Below are positions 54,504 through 63,843 of a DNA stretch of 64,000 nucleotides, piece after piece. This stretch comes from a virus. The stretch is from IMG/VR virus record IMGVR_UViG_3300022231_000029. One strand, written 5' to 3'. How positions within the stretch are numbered: position 1 is the stretch's first letter; the number at the start of each line of letters is the position of its first letter. The notes beneath the pieces are model-generated. The model was not told the origin of the DNA and did not search any database. It was given only the letters and a program-made list of their open reading frames with translations. Made by a program: the position numbers and the translations under genes.

Positions 54504-54947
54504 ATGAAAGCGACCATGGGCCATTTCGGAGAAGCAACCGACCCTTCTACCCTTTCCCCGAACATCGTCTCTGCTGCTACCAACCTGGCCGATCAATCTA
54601 TTGATCGTTCCCTGGCCCAGGCAGAGTCTCTTTTGAAGTCTCAGGAAGTTCAGGCCTTCATTGAACAGAATGGACTTGCTCCTTATATCCAGGATCTCAC
54701 CAAAGAACGTGTGAAAACATTCCTGGCGCTCTTTGGCTTGTGGTCTGTGTATAAGTTCATCAAGTCACCCATCGGGCTCGCTTGCGTAGGCGGTGCCGCT
54801 CTTTACGTCATGACCGGCAATAAAGATAAGGTCGTCGCTAAAGTCGCTGATAAAGTCGGTACGGCCACAGTAAACGCCAATATTGCGTCTACCGCTACCA
54901 CCATCACGTCAACAGGGGAGTCGTCCAGTGAAGTCAGTAAAGCTTGA
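54504..54947 (+). CDS. membrane protein with MGHFG leader
   Basis: MKATMGHFGE; two hydrophobic helices. Confidence 0.7.
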   Translation: MKATMGHFGEATDPSTLSPNIVSAATNLADQSIDRSLAQAESLLKSQEVQAFIEQNGLAPYIQDLTKERVKTFLALFGLWSVYKFIKSPIGLACVGGAALYVMTGNKDKVVAKVADKVGTATVNANIASTATTITSTGESSSEVSKA

Positions 54948-55071
54948 TCTCACGTTCTACTTCATCGCCTTGGGGATATTCGGTGTTTACTATTATAATC
55001 GGAAAAAGAGTACCCCATCATCTACTTCTCAGGTCGCCGGGGAGTATTCCAGCTTCGGTGTTCGGGGATAG
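54928..55071 (+). CDS. small membrane protein
   Basis: GTG 54928 with GGGGAG RBS; TM FYFIALGIFGVYYY then NRKK. Confidence 0.55.
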   Translation: MKSVKLDLTFYFIALGIFGVYYYNRKKSTPSSTSQVAGEYSSFGVRG

Positions 55072-55232
55072 CACAAATGGCCCATCCTTGGGCCTCACTC
55101 ATCCATAAGCGACAATCTTCCTTGATTATTCCCTCATTATAACTCATATCATCCATCACATTCTTACAAATTATCTCCGGTGAGTATCTTTGTCGTATAA
55201 TAGAACGAGAAATTATATCCCCGGAGGGACGT

Positions 55233-56894
55233 GTGAACTCATCTGATCTTTTCTTCAAAACCATTCGATCAAACCCCACTGATGACGAATTCGAAAGAGA
55301 AACGATTCGAGAAGGAACCACAAAAATTTCAGACCCGGAATCAGGATCTTTCGTCCTGGTAAAAAAAGTGAAAGGAAAATATGAGTGCTGGCCAGAAGGC
55401 GATCAATTCAAGATCACCAAGCACCCCAATCGCAGTCAGGCCTTTTCATGGTCAAACGCCTATCTCCGGAAAGTAAAAAGAAATCCCGTCAAGAAAATCA
55501 AATCGAAAAAAAGAATTTTAAAAAAGAATAATCCTAGCACATGGAAGGAAGAAGGATTCATTCTTCAATCACAAGGCATATCCGCTGGCACATCCTATCG
55601 CAAGCTAACCATCATCGCTCTCACTCCCGACGATGGCGACAAAAGAGAAATGGCCGGCCAGTATCGGTTTATATCTAAAGACGGAGAAGATCACATCTCT
55701 GTTCAGGATTCTTTTACGATTGATAAATTTCAACGTAAAGGCCTTGCGAGTGCCGCCTATTCAATGGCCGAAAAAATTTTCGGTAAAAAAATAGAGCCCT
55801 CAGACTCTTTCGGCGCTCAAACCGAAGATGCAAAAAAATTGTGGAATCGCCCGAACAGGCCATTTGGAAAATCAAACCCTAAGAAATTATCTTTATCCGA
55901 GAAAGAATTTTCTGATCTTTACGACAAACATGACGGCTACTACCCCGCCATGGCAAAAGACCTGGGCTGGTGGGACAAGAAAGAATCTACCCACCTCACC
56001 CAGCTCGCCGAAAGAAGAAACTGGCTTGAGAAGTATCCACCAAAGAAAGTCGATAAGAACCATGACGAGTATTCCGATGATGTCATCACTCTTTATGGAC
56101 AGGACTGGTCAATCGAAAAAATTGCCAAAAAGATCCGCATCCCGATTGCTGACGTGAAAGAAGTTTTGATTAAAAATAAAATAAAGATTCGTGATCAATT
56201 CAAGAAAAGAAGTAACCCAAGACTCATCAGCGTTCGTGCCACTGCTCTGAAATATATTCCTGCTCTCGCTGATTGGTACTCAAAGCTTCTCGCTACGAAA
56301 AACAAAGAAGACTCCATCAAGTTCATTCAGCAGATCATCTGGCTCCAGGGACTCTTTTTCTATGCGCCATCGAATGCCCTGATGACTGCACTTATGTTCA
56401 ATCACCTTTTTGATACGCCATCGAAAATGGACATGAAGCTCATGGTTGAATCGACAATGAAGTATTGTAATGATTCCGTTGATGACGTGATCTTCTTTCT
56501 TCAGGCAGTTTCTGAAAAGCCTGACACGTATGCCTCAAAAGTTCTTTCCATCTTTTCCGGGAAAGAATCTCGCATTCCTGGTGTGTCTTATGAAGAGATT
56601 CTGAAGATGATGACTCGTGACTATGTTATCAATTTCCTCGACCTGTCTCCTTCTGCAGCTCTCATCTACTGCACAAACTTTATTCGCTCAACCGAGATGG
56701 CGGGAGAAAGTGTAGGGCCTCTGAAAAATTCAATTCTTGAAAGACTCCTTGAGCGCATGAAGCTTTCCGGCGACGATCCTATGAGCGAAGAAATTAAAAC
56801 CATGATCAATGACCAGTTCATTGGTGCGGAAAGAATGATTGCTGAATCAACTGAAATTATCTCATCAATAGGAGTATCAAATGAGCGAAATTAA
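55233..56894 (+). CDS. multidomain NP-delimited protein with GNAT-like and HTH-like modules
   Basis: five basic-x-NP motifs at domain borders; FQRKGLASAAY...QTEDAKKLW (GNAT); WSIEKIAKKIRIPIADVKEVL (HTH). Confidence 0.75.
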   Translation: MNSSDLFFKTIRSNPTDDEFERETIREGTTKISDPESGSFVLVKKVKGKYECWPEGDQFKITKHPNRSQAFSWSNAYLRKVKRNPVKKIKSKKRILKKNNPSTWKEEGFILQSQGISAGTSYRKLTIIALTPDDGDKREMAGQYRFISKDGEDHISVQDSFTIDKFQRKGLASAAYSMAEKIFGKKIEPSDSFGAQTEDAKKLWNRPNRPFGKSNPKKLSLSEKEFSDLYDKHDGYYPAMAKDLGWWDKKESTHLTQLAERRNWLEKYPPKKVDKNHDEYSDDVITLYGQDWSIEKIAKKIRIPIADVKEVLIKNKIKIRDQFKKRSNPRLISVRATALKYIPALADWYSKLLATKNKEDSIKFIQQIIWLQGLFFYAPSNALMTALMFNHLFDTPSKMDMKLMVESTMKYCNDSVDDVIFFLQAVSEKPDTYASKVLSIFSGKESRIPGVSYEEILKMMTRDYVINFLDLSPSAALIYCTNFIRSTEMAGESVGPLKNSILERLLERMKLSGDDPMSEEIKTMINDQFIGAERMIAESTEIISSIGVSNERN

Positions 56895-57258
56895 TCCCGA
56901 CTCTAAAGAATCTGAAATTGCTCAAAATCTTTTTGCTGGTGGAGTAAACGCCAGCGCAAAACTTTTGATTGCCTTGGGAGAGATGAAGCTGCCCTTCCTG
57001 AAACTCCCCATCATCAATCAACTCTTCTGTTATGTGATCAATAAAATGGCCGGCAAGGTGAGCGGCGAGGGTGAACTTCATATCAGCTTCAAGTTTATTG
57101 ACGATGATGGAGCCGAGAGAAATGGACAGTACAAAGATTCTTTGGAAAGATTGAACCAGGTCGAAGCCGATCCAACTGCTACACAGGAGCAAAAAGATGA
57201 AGCACTCAATGAAACAATTCAGCACATGGGTAATGCTATTCGTTTCCCTCGCCGTTAG
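56881..57258 (+). CDS. hypothetical protein (i-spanin-like position)
   Basis: AGGAG RBS; overlaps lipoprotein gene; C-terminal coiled coil. Confidence 0.55.
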   Translation: MSEINPDSKESEIAQNLFAGGVNASAKLLIALGEMKLPFLKLPIINQLFCYVINKMAGKVSGEGELHISFKFIDDDGAERNGQYKDSLERLNQVEADPTATQEQKDEALNETIQHMGNAIRFPRR

Positions 57259-57661
57259 TTGTGCAAGGGTTCCGGTTAAAGATACTGAGTGGTGCGGGGA
57301 TCTCGCCGAACAAGGTGCCGCTTGTTTTCATACTCACAATGAATCACAGAGACGTGTTCCGAAAGCTGAGTGGGATAAAGAAAGAAAAGGAATGTTCTGC
57401 ACGAAGTCTGATAACTTCATTGAATGGCAGGCCATCATTCTGAAGCTTTGTCGTGCTTCCGGAAATCGCTGTACGTTTGAAGATAAGAAAAAGATCGTTG
57501 CCTTCTTCGGAAGAGTGAAGGATTTCTCCGGTGAGCAGTACGCATTCTCTCTTGAGCTGATGGAAAAAAATATTCAGCTTGATCAGGATCTCAACGAGAT
57601 AGAAAGGGATATTGAAGATGTTGAGCAGCAACTTGACAGGGATGGTGTCTCTTTGATGTGA
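57197..57661 (+). CDS. Cys-rich lipoprotein (o-spanin-like)
   Basis: lipobox LAVSC; multiple Cys; overlaps upstream gene. Confidence 0.65.
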   Translation: MKHSMKQFSTWVMLFVSLAVSCARVPVKDTEWCGDLAEQGAACFHTHNESQRRVPKAEWDKERKGMFCTKSDNFIEWQAIILKLCRASGNRCTFEDKKKIVAFFGRVKDFSGEQYAFSLELMEKNIQLDQDLNEIERDIEDVEQQLDRDGVSLM

Positions 57662-57686
57662 TACTCCCGTAACAAGGAGTAGACAC

Positions 57687-57926
57687 ATGCTTGAGCTTCA
57701 AAATTCTGAAATCGAACTTGCGCGAATTTTTATTCTTGGATTATTTCTCGGATGGATCTCGCGCAAGTATCTCAAGGGCCATGGCCGCCACACACCATGG
57801 ACAATCATCACCAACATGAAATATCCGTTCATGAACATCAGTCGAAAAGAATTGAAGGTTGAAATGCTGACCAAGCGAACGGAACTTTCATGCTTGCATG
57901 AAAAAGTTTCTGAGCGCGGGAAGTAA
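57687..57926 (+). CDS. small membrane protein
   Basis: AAGGAG RBS; TM IFILGLFLGWI. Confidence 0.6.
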   Translation: MLELQNSEIELARIFILGLFLGWISRKYLKGHGRHTPWTIITNMKYPFMNISRKELKVEMLTKRTELSCLHEKVSERGK

Positions 57927-58219
57927 TTCTGGAACAGAATTTTGGAAAAAGGATAAAAAGTAAGAGACTTTTTAGGGCCCCTTACTTTTTGCCGAACGAC
58001 GGAGATAGCCGCACGGGTTACGCAAGTATTATTGCACCATGCGTTCATTTGGAGTGTCAATATGAATTTTATTTCACAGGAATGGGGAAACCTGACTACT
58101 GGTGGCAAGATTTACATTGCCTTCCAGACGCTCTATTTGGTCGCAGGAGCGTTTTTCCTGTACGTCCAGTGGCAGATTCTCAAAGAGCTTAAAAATCGCC
58201 GATAGGCTATAATAAAGGA

Positions 58220-58444
58220 ATGAAGGCGCTGGTAATCTCACTTGCCCTAATCACACTCTATGATCCGAACACCATCATTTGTTCAATCTCTGAAAACTCG
58301 TATCACTGTGAAGAATATCGTGAATCTCTTCCTGATTCTTATGGTTATGATACCGAGTATCTTGAAGATGTTATCCACGTTCATTTCCCTCTTGATCCTG
58401 GGGACGATCGGCACGGTGCTTTACCTTATGATTCTGGAGAATAA
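58220..58444 (+). CDS. small secreted acidic protein
   Basis: TATAAT at 58208-58213 and AAGGA immediately upstream; hydrophobic N-terminus. Confidence 0.55.
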   Translation: MKALVISLALITLYDPNTIICSISENSYHCEEYRESLPDSYGYDTEYLEDVIHVHFPLDPGDDRHGALPYDSGE

Positions 58445-58453
58445 ACCGGACTG

Positions 58454-58491
58454 AAATAAAAAAGGGAGTCATTCGACTCCCTTTCTTTTTT
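58454..58491. terminator. bidirectional terminator
   Basis: AAAGGGAGTC-attc-GACTCCCTTT flanked by A- and T-runs. Confidence 0.85.
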
Positions 58492-58517
58492 CTCAAACGT
58501 ACTAGTGGCTCACATCA

Positions 58518-58967
58518 CTATTTCGTCGGACGCTTAAGAACTGCACCTACAATGTCGATGATAGATACCACAACTTTCCCGATTCCTGGAAGCTTTTTTA
58601 CCAGGTCGAGTAAGTTGGCCGCTGCACCAGCAGCATATCCGGTTGCAATCGCCGCGAGGAACGTCTCAAGCGTGAACGGCTTCACCATAACAAGGGATGC
58701 GACCAAACAAAGAATAGGCGCGATCCAAGGCTTATATTCTTTCGCCACCTTGTCCCAATACGGAGCAAGGGCCGAATTCTTCACTGTACCAACAATCAAG
58801 AAAAGAACGCTGGCAATTCGCGCCTGTGATGAGAGCCCTTTCCAATCATGGAAAAGCGCCACGGCATACCCGAAGATATCTGAGATGGTCTCAGTCTGCG
58901 GAGGCTCGGTCTGCCCGAATGTCAGACCAGAAACGAGAAGCAAGAAACCTGTAACGAAAAAGAGCAT
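58518..58967 (-). CDS. multi-TM membrane protein (holin-like)
   Basis: start ATG 58967 (GGAGGA RBS); signal-like N-terminus plus three or four hydrophobic helices. Confidence 0.65.
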   Translation of the reverse strand: MLFFVTGFLLLVSGLTFGQTEPPQTETISDIFGYAVALFHDWKGLSSQARIASVLFLIVGTVKNSALAPYWDKVAKEYKPWIAPILCLVASLVMVKPFTLETFLAAIATGYAAGAAANLLDLVKKLPGIGKVVVSIIDIVGAVLKRPTK

Positions 58968-58986
58968 ATTTCCTCCTTGAAAGGTT

Positions 58987-61284
58987 TTACTCATTGAGAC
59001 GGAGCGGAACAGTGTCGAAGCCGCCCTTCACGATCTTTCTCTTGGTATAATAACCCTGAAGCTTCTTTATCGAAACATTATACTCGCTTTTCAAATACTT
59101 CTTCTTCTTTCCTGTCTTTTTAAGGTGCTCTGCTTCTCTGCGTTCGTCAACCTTTCGTTTTATCGTAGGGTCGTTTTTCATAGTAACAAACTCACCCATT
59201 CTGAGGGCCGTCTTGAATGTCGCAAATTTCGGCTTCTCCACCACCGAGATATTTCCGTTGTCTCCCTGGAGGTATTCCATGAAGTCCTCCATCGTAAAAG
59301 CATTTCGAATACTCTTGTAATCGAATCCCTTCATCGTGAGCTTCATCGGTTTTGCTTTCCCGTCTTCATCAATGATCCCTTCATTCACATACGTCTTAGG
59401 AAGAAGGAAACACGCTGATCGACACTTATATTCAAGCTTCATGGCACCCAGCTCTTTACCCGTATCCATCGGCTTATTCGTAAAACATGAATCCGTATCC
59501 GCATAATATATGTGCTCGTATCCCGTTAACACAAATTGCTTGTGAAGATGGATACGAGAATAACTTGTCACAAAACACGCGATAGCCGGATTTGAGAACA
59601 TCGTCTTCGACTTCTCTGGCTTATCCGCCAGACGTAAGTATCCATGAGGAGTTTCGATCTCAGCAATCAAAATAACTTTACTATCTTTGCCGTCATCAAT
59701 CACAAGTTTCGATCGGTCTTTATTAATTCCCATTCTTCCGTAACAAGAATTCATAATGAGCTTCATCACCATCTGAGTCACGTTATCTCCGCGCTCTTTG
59801 GCCTCTAGCCTCATTTGATAAACTGTCTCAACGAACTTTTTAAACATGAAGCCCGCATTCTCGAAAGCAGCACCTTCATAATACTCCAGGATCTCACATC
59901 CCAAAGTCTTCGCATATTCAAGCTCTGCCTTTGTCCAATGACCAGAGAACACTCCGACCGGGAAGATAAGACGTTCCTCTCTCTTCACAGGAAGAGGAGG
60001 AGCATAGATGTTCTCAGGCACTCTCACTTTACAATGCCAGATGGCCATATCGTGTGAGTCGTATTCTTTCTTCCCCTTCATCCAACCCAGGAACTTATTC
60101 GGAAACTCATGGTTTGCCATGGCCCAAGGAAAGAGACTATTCACATCGTAGTAATAAAGCCAATCACTCTCATCTATGTCGCTATCAAAGATCGGTTTAA
60201 AGACTTCCGTTCTTCCGCCGAAATATGCCTGGCGAACAAAGCCATCGACGTTTCCTTCATGAAGAAAAATATCATCATCCGGAAGTGACTCAAGATCGTG
60301 ATCCATGAACAATCGAAACACTTCCACGGCTTGAGAAGCTGTCGTCCACTTTTTCTTGCAGGATGAAATGAGAGGAGCATTAAAGAACGCTGTAATACAT
60401 TGATGCAAGCTTTTACAGTCATGGTGAAGATAAGTAAGAAGATCTTTCTTCTTGAAGATCGGATAAGTCATCTCCTCAAACCAATCGTTGTAAACCACTT
60501 CTTTCTTCTTATTGAGCTTCTGCATATACGGAGCAACATAGGACAGTTTTCCTACATGCGGGAACAGTGCAAACCTTTCGGTGTTCCAATACCTTAACCT
60601 GTCAGATCTACCTCTTATGGACTTCGTTAATCTGGTTACTTGTTTTTTCGAATAAAAGACCACACATCTTTCATCTTTCATCATGTCATCAAGATAATCA
60701 ATTTCATTATAAACTTGCTTGATGAAAAGGAAGTCCATCTCTCCCTTGAGAGTTTCAACATTGAAAGCTTTCGTGAGATTGGCCAGGCCAAATGGAAGAA
60801 GAGCTGCTGAATCACGGAAGGTAATCTTAATCGGCAACTCCAGGCCATACTGCTCTTGCTTGTCTACAGTGAGAGTCGCATCGAATGAAAGAAGTGAGGG
60901 CCCTCTGGGAATGATATTCTCAATCAGGACTTCTCCTGAGAGGAATAAAGACTGAAGGAAGAATAGAAAGTCAAACTTACCTCCGAAGTGAGCAACAAAG
61001 TTTTTAATCCCTTTCTCAGATGCAAGCCTAAAACATCGAATCATCAATGCCTTGATGTCATTCGTTTCGAGCCAGTCTTCTTTCATCTCTTCATCAACCC
61101 AATAAAGCTCCCCGCAAATGTATTCAATCCAATCCTGTGTCTCAATATCAATCGTCGCAAAATCAGGAACAGATGTTTTCTGTGAAGATGACTCTGGTTT
61201 AAAAGGACGCAACTTTACTGGCGAGTACCATTCTCGAAATCGCGTAAAAAATGTTTTCTTCCTTCCGGAGCGTGTTCTTTTCAT
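58987..61284 (-). CDS. polB: protein-primed family B DNA polymerase (pPolB)
   Basis: Exo I DIET, Exo II AHFGGKFD, Exo III YLHHD; YFGGRTE; DVNSLFP; TPR1-like insert; KLIMNSCYG; YADTDS; PKTY. Confidence 0.93.
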   Translation of the reverse strand: MKRTRSGRKKTFFTRFREWYSPVKLRPFKPESSSQKTSVPDFATIDIETQDWIEYICGELYWVDEEMKEDWLETNDIKALMIRCFRLASEKGIKNFVAHFGGKFDFLFFLQSLFLSGEVLIENIIPRGPSLLSFDATLTVDKQEQYGLELPIKITFRDSAALLPFGLANLTKAFNVETLKGEMDFLFIKQVYNEIDYLDDMMKDERCVVFYSKKQVTRLTKSIRGRSDRLRYWNTERFALFPHVGKLSYVAPYMQKLNKKKEVVYNDWFEEMTYPIFKKKDLLTYLHHDCKSLHQCITAFFNAPLISSCKKKWTTASQAVEVFRLFMDHDLESLPDDDIFLHEGNVDGFVRQAYFGGRTEVFKPIFDSDIDESDWLYYYDVNSLFPWAMANHEFPNKFLGWMKGKKEYDSHDMAIWHCKVRVPENIYAPPLPVKREERLIFPVGVFSGHWTKAELEYAKTLGCEILEYYEGAAFENAGFMFKKFVETVYQMRLEAKERGDNVTQMVMKLIMNSCYGRMGINKDRSKLVIDDGKDSKVILIAEIETPHGYLRLADKPEKSKTMFSNPAIACFVTSYSRIHLHKQFVLTGYEHIYYADTDSCFTNKPMDTGKELGAMKLEYKCRSACFLLPKTYVNEGIIDEDGKAKPMKLTMKGFDYKSIRNAFTMEDFMEYLQGDNGNISVVEKPKFATFKTALRMGEFVTMKNDPTIKRKVDERREAEHLKKTGKKKKYLKSEYNVSIKKLQGYYTKRKIVKGGFDTVPLRLNE

Positions 61285-61305
61285 TTGTCCATTCAGTTTA
61301 AAAAA

Positions 61306-62568
61306 TTACTTCAGGAGACGTTCTATCATAAACCCTGCGATCATGTAACCAGCAGAATGATTCAGTCTCACATATCGTGCCATGGCCGGAATCAATCCGG
61401 ATACCAATTCATTCACAAGCATATCCAGGTCGCGCTTTGTTTTTACTTTTCTTCTTACCGTCGAATAGCCATGACCCGTTCTTTTTTCTTTTCTCTTGTC
61501 ATGATACTCTGTCGGGATAACCCCTCTGCGACTAACCAGTGGCACCACTACACGGATCGCGTATTCAGGATCTTCTCCAGGTTTGAAAACGCCCTTTCGA
61601 ATAGCTTCATTAAAGACTGATTCAATATCGTTCCTAAGTTTAGAGAAAGCCTTTTCAGAATTCTCCTTGTTTCCTAGTGCCTCATTAGCTTTAATCATGA
61701 TGTTCTTATCATAATCAACTGTGATCTGAGCAAAGGCCGTCTGGCGATCCTTTTCAACAATTAATCCATTCTCAATAACCGCGATAGTCGGCTCATTCTT
61801 TCTTCTTTCTCTCTGATGATTGAAAACCTCTTTATACTTGATTTCGACATCGCCCTCGACATCAGAATCAATGCTCACTTCTTTTTCCTGGAGCATACGA
61901 CGATACTTTTCATCTTCGCCTATTCTCGCTCTCTTCCCTTTCTTTTTTTTCACCAGCTCAAGAGAAACTAACTTTCTTTTAAAGTCCTCGTTTGCAATCA
62001 AGTGAGGAGCATGTTTATAACCTCTCCACATTTTTTGCAAAAAACGATTAATACGACTATCCGACCACTTCTGGTTTTCATAATCAAGTTCATCCACCAA
62101 GACTCGCGCCAACTGAGCTTCAAACTGCTTCTTCGTTAAAGTAACTCTCGGAGGCTTCGGAACATCAGGAAGTTTTAATTCCTTGACCTCTTCCTCAACT
62201 TCAACCTTCTCTTCAACAACCTCGACAGGCTTCTTTGATTTTTTCTTCGAAACTTTTTTTGAAACTTTCTTCGCTTTCTTTTCAGGCTTCTTTTCTTTGA
62301 CAACTTTCTTCGGCTGGATTTCCTGCGCGAGGATGTCAGTGTACGTCTCGATGAACATTTCTTTTGCTGACTGCGAGCGAACGCCGCCAGGAAAGAATTC
62401 TGGTTCATCGGTAAATCTCTTCCAGGAAGATCGAGGAGACTTCCTGTAGAAGATATGAAATGCCTTGGCGTTCTTGAAATCATCAGAACCAAGGCGAACT
62501 AATTTTTTGGATGTTTTGGTACTACCGGAGCGTAACCCGTATAACCAAAAGCTAAATTCTATGTGCAT
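61306..62568 (-). CDS. basic 420-aa protein (terminal protein candidate)
   Basis: immediately upstream of and co-oriented with pPolB; Lys-rich. Confidence 0.45.
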   Translation of the reverse strand: MHIEFSFWLYGLRSGSTKTSKKLVRLGSDDFKNAKAFHIFYRKSPRSSWKRFTDEPEFFPGGVRSQSAKEMFIETYTDILAQEIQPKKVVKEKKPEKKAKKVSKKVSKKKSKKPVEVVEEKVEVEEEVKELKLPDVPKPPRVTLTKKQFEAQLARVLVDELDYENQKWSDSRINRFLQKMWRGYKHAPHLIANEDFKRKLVSLELVKKKKGKRARIGEDEKYRRMLQEKEVSIDSDVEGDVEIKYKEVFNHQRERRKNEPTIAVIENGLIVEKDRQTAFAQITVDYDKNIMIKANEALGNKENSEKAFSKLRNDIESVFNEAIRKGVFKPGEDPEYAIRVVVPLVSRRGVIPTEYHDKRKEKRTGHGYSTVRRKVKTKRDLDMLVNELVSGLIPAMARYVRLNHSAGYMIAGFMIERLLK

Positions 62569-62590
62569 TCAATCCCGTCTATTCAGTCTG

Positions 62591-62621
62591 AAAAAAGACT
62601 CCGGGGTTTGCCCGGAGTCTT
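62591..62621 (-). terminator. intrinsic terminator
   Basis: AAGACTCCGGG/CCCGGAGTCTT stem followed by T-run on minus strand. Confidence 0.8.
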
Positions 62622-62655
62622 AGTATATCTCTGGCCCTAGAAGGGCCGTCAAGGC

Positions 62656-63135
62656 TTACCACTCGTCGTCGTCTTCCTCTTCTTCTTCCTCTTCCTCGTC
62701 CTCGTCGTAATAATCATCATCTTGGTCGTCGTCATCGTAATCGTCGTCATCACCGTCATCATCGTAACCATAATCGTCAATTTCTTCTTCCTCTTCTTCC
62801 TCGTAACGGGAAGAAGGATTTACCTTGACATTCGCGGATGCAATGTGCTTGTTGAGCTGTTTTGTCATATCCATCATGAAGATCGAGCCAGCGGGAACCT
62901 TCAGGGTCTTGCTCCCCATTTTCGCTGTCTTCGAAGGCTTCAAGATCGTCTTCAGAGTAGCATCAAGCTTGATGAACCGGGCATTACCTGGAACCTGAAG
63001 CTTTTTCTTCTTGATGTATGCCCAGATTTTTTTAGTGACATCAGTTCTCGGCATAGGGCCCTTACCGATGACTGCGGCCAGAGCGGTGGAAATTTTCACC
63101 GGCTTCTTCAACGCACTCCCTTTCTTCTTGCTCAT
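62656..63135 (-). CDS. SWIB/MDM2-domain protein with very acidic C-terminal tail
   Basis: LKKPVKISTALAAVIG...MPRTDVTKKIWAYIKKKKLQ...IKLDATLKTI...IFMMDMTKQLNKHI; poly-D/E tail. Confidence 0.88.
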   Translation of the reverse strand: MSKKKGSALKKPVKISTALAAVIGKGPMPRTDVTKKIWAYIKKKKLQVPGNARFIKLDATLKTILKPSKTAKMGSKTLKVPAGSIFMMDMTKQLNKHIASANVKVNPSSRYEEEEEEEIDDYGYDDDGDDDDYDDDDQDDDYYDEDEEEEEEEEDDDEW

Positions 63136-63419
63136 AAACTCTCCTTGAGTTTTCGATATTCCGCCAGGTCAACTACTGACCCTTTGTTCGTTTCGTAAAG
63201 TTGATCGACTCCGTGAATCTTGAAAACTTTAATCGCCTCACGAATGAGAAAATTAAACTCTCCCGTCTGGTTCACATTCCCCAGCGCCATGATCGCAGAG
63301 TAAAGTTTTTTAACGGCCGCTTTTTTTCTTGATCGCGACCCGTGCCCCTTTGATTTCATTTCCCGCCTCATCAATGATAGTCGCCGTGAAAGGCGCAGAA
63401 TTTTTAGATAACCAATCAT
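63132..63419 (-). CDS. hypothetical protein (start uncertain)
   Basis: ATGA-coupled to SWIB gene. Confidence 0.5.
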   Translation of the reverse strand: MIGYLKILRLSRRLSLMRREMKSKGHGSRSRKKAAVKKLYSAIMALGNVNQTGEFNFLIREAIKVFKIHGVDQLYETNKGSVVDLAEYRKLKESL

Positions 63420-63516
63420 TCACCCATGATGGTGTAACCTTGGCCACTCCTCCCTGCTCGTCGATATATTTTGCGAGCTTGGTTGTGAGGTCTTTCATAA
63501 TCATCGCGAACATCAT
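63310..63516 (-). CDS. hypothetical protein
   Basis: ATGA-coupled ORF. Confidence 0.55.
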   Translation of the reverse strand: MMFAMIMKDLTTKLAKYIDEQGGVAKVTPSWVNDWLSKNSAPFTATIIDEAGNEIKGARVAIKKKSGR

Positions 63517-63818
63517 TTCAATAACTCCTTGTTCTCGTCGAATGTCTTTAATGCTGACATTTTTACTAACTTCATGTCGATAGTAAAAATAAGAAATGCG
63601 ATCATCCCCAGATCTTTTTCAGCAGTCGTTTTTGAAACGAAATGGATGATGTTTTCGCCGAATTCTTTTTCGAGGTTGAACACCTTGATCTGATCGACGA
63701 TCGTGTAGAGGAAAAGTTCTTTGTCTGACAGGTTCAACTTTTCTCGTTTCTTCGGATGAAACGATAAGAGGAGAAGGCCGTCGAGTTCTGAATCTGTCAT
63801 TTTTTGATAACTTCTCAT
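63513..63818 (-). CDS. hypothetical protein
   Basis: operon ORF. Confidence 0.6.
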   Translation of the reverse strand: MRSYQKMTDSELDGLLLLSFHPKKREKLNLSDKELFLYTIVDQIKVFNLEKEFGENIIHFVSKTTAEKDLGMIAFLIFTIDMKLVKMSALKTFDENKELLK

Positions 63819-63843
63819 GTATCAATTATGGTCAGATGTTTAT

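Noticed and set aside
57927-58200. tRNA or other RNA gene in the intergenic region
   Set aside because: No cloverleaf or T-loop GTTCGA consensus found here or elsewhere by eye; only short hairpins.
58987-61284. Primer-independent PolB (pipolin)
   Set aside because: Has canonical KxY (PKTY) and a TPR1-like insert typical of protein-primed enzymes; no integrase seen.
1808-62492. Many antisense or alternative-frame ORFs in the track (e.g. 1808+, 9061+, 19548+, 33661+, 34424+)
   Set aside because: They overlap better-supported genes on the opposite strand or frame, and lack RBS or recognisable motifs.
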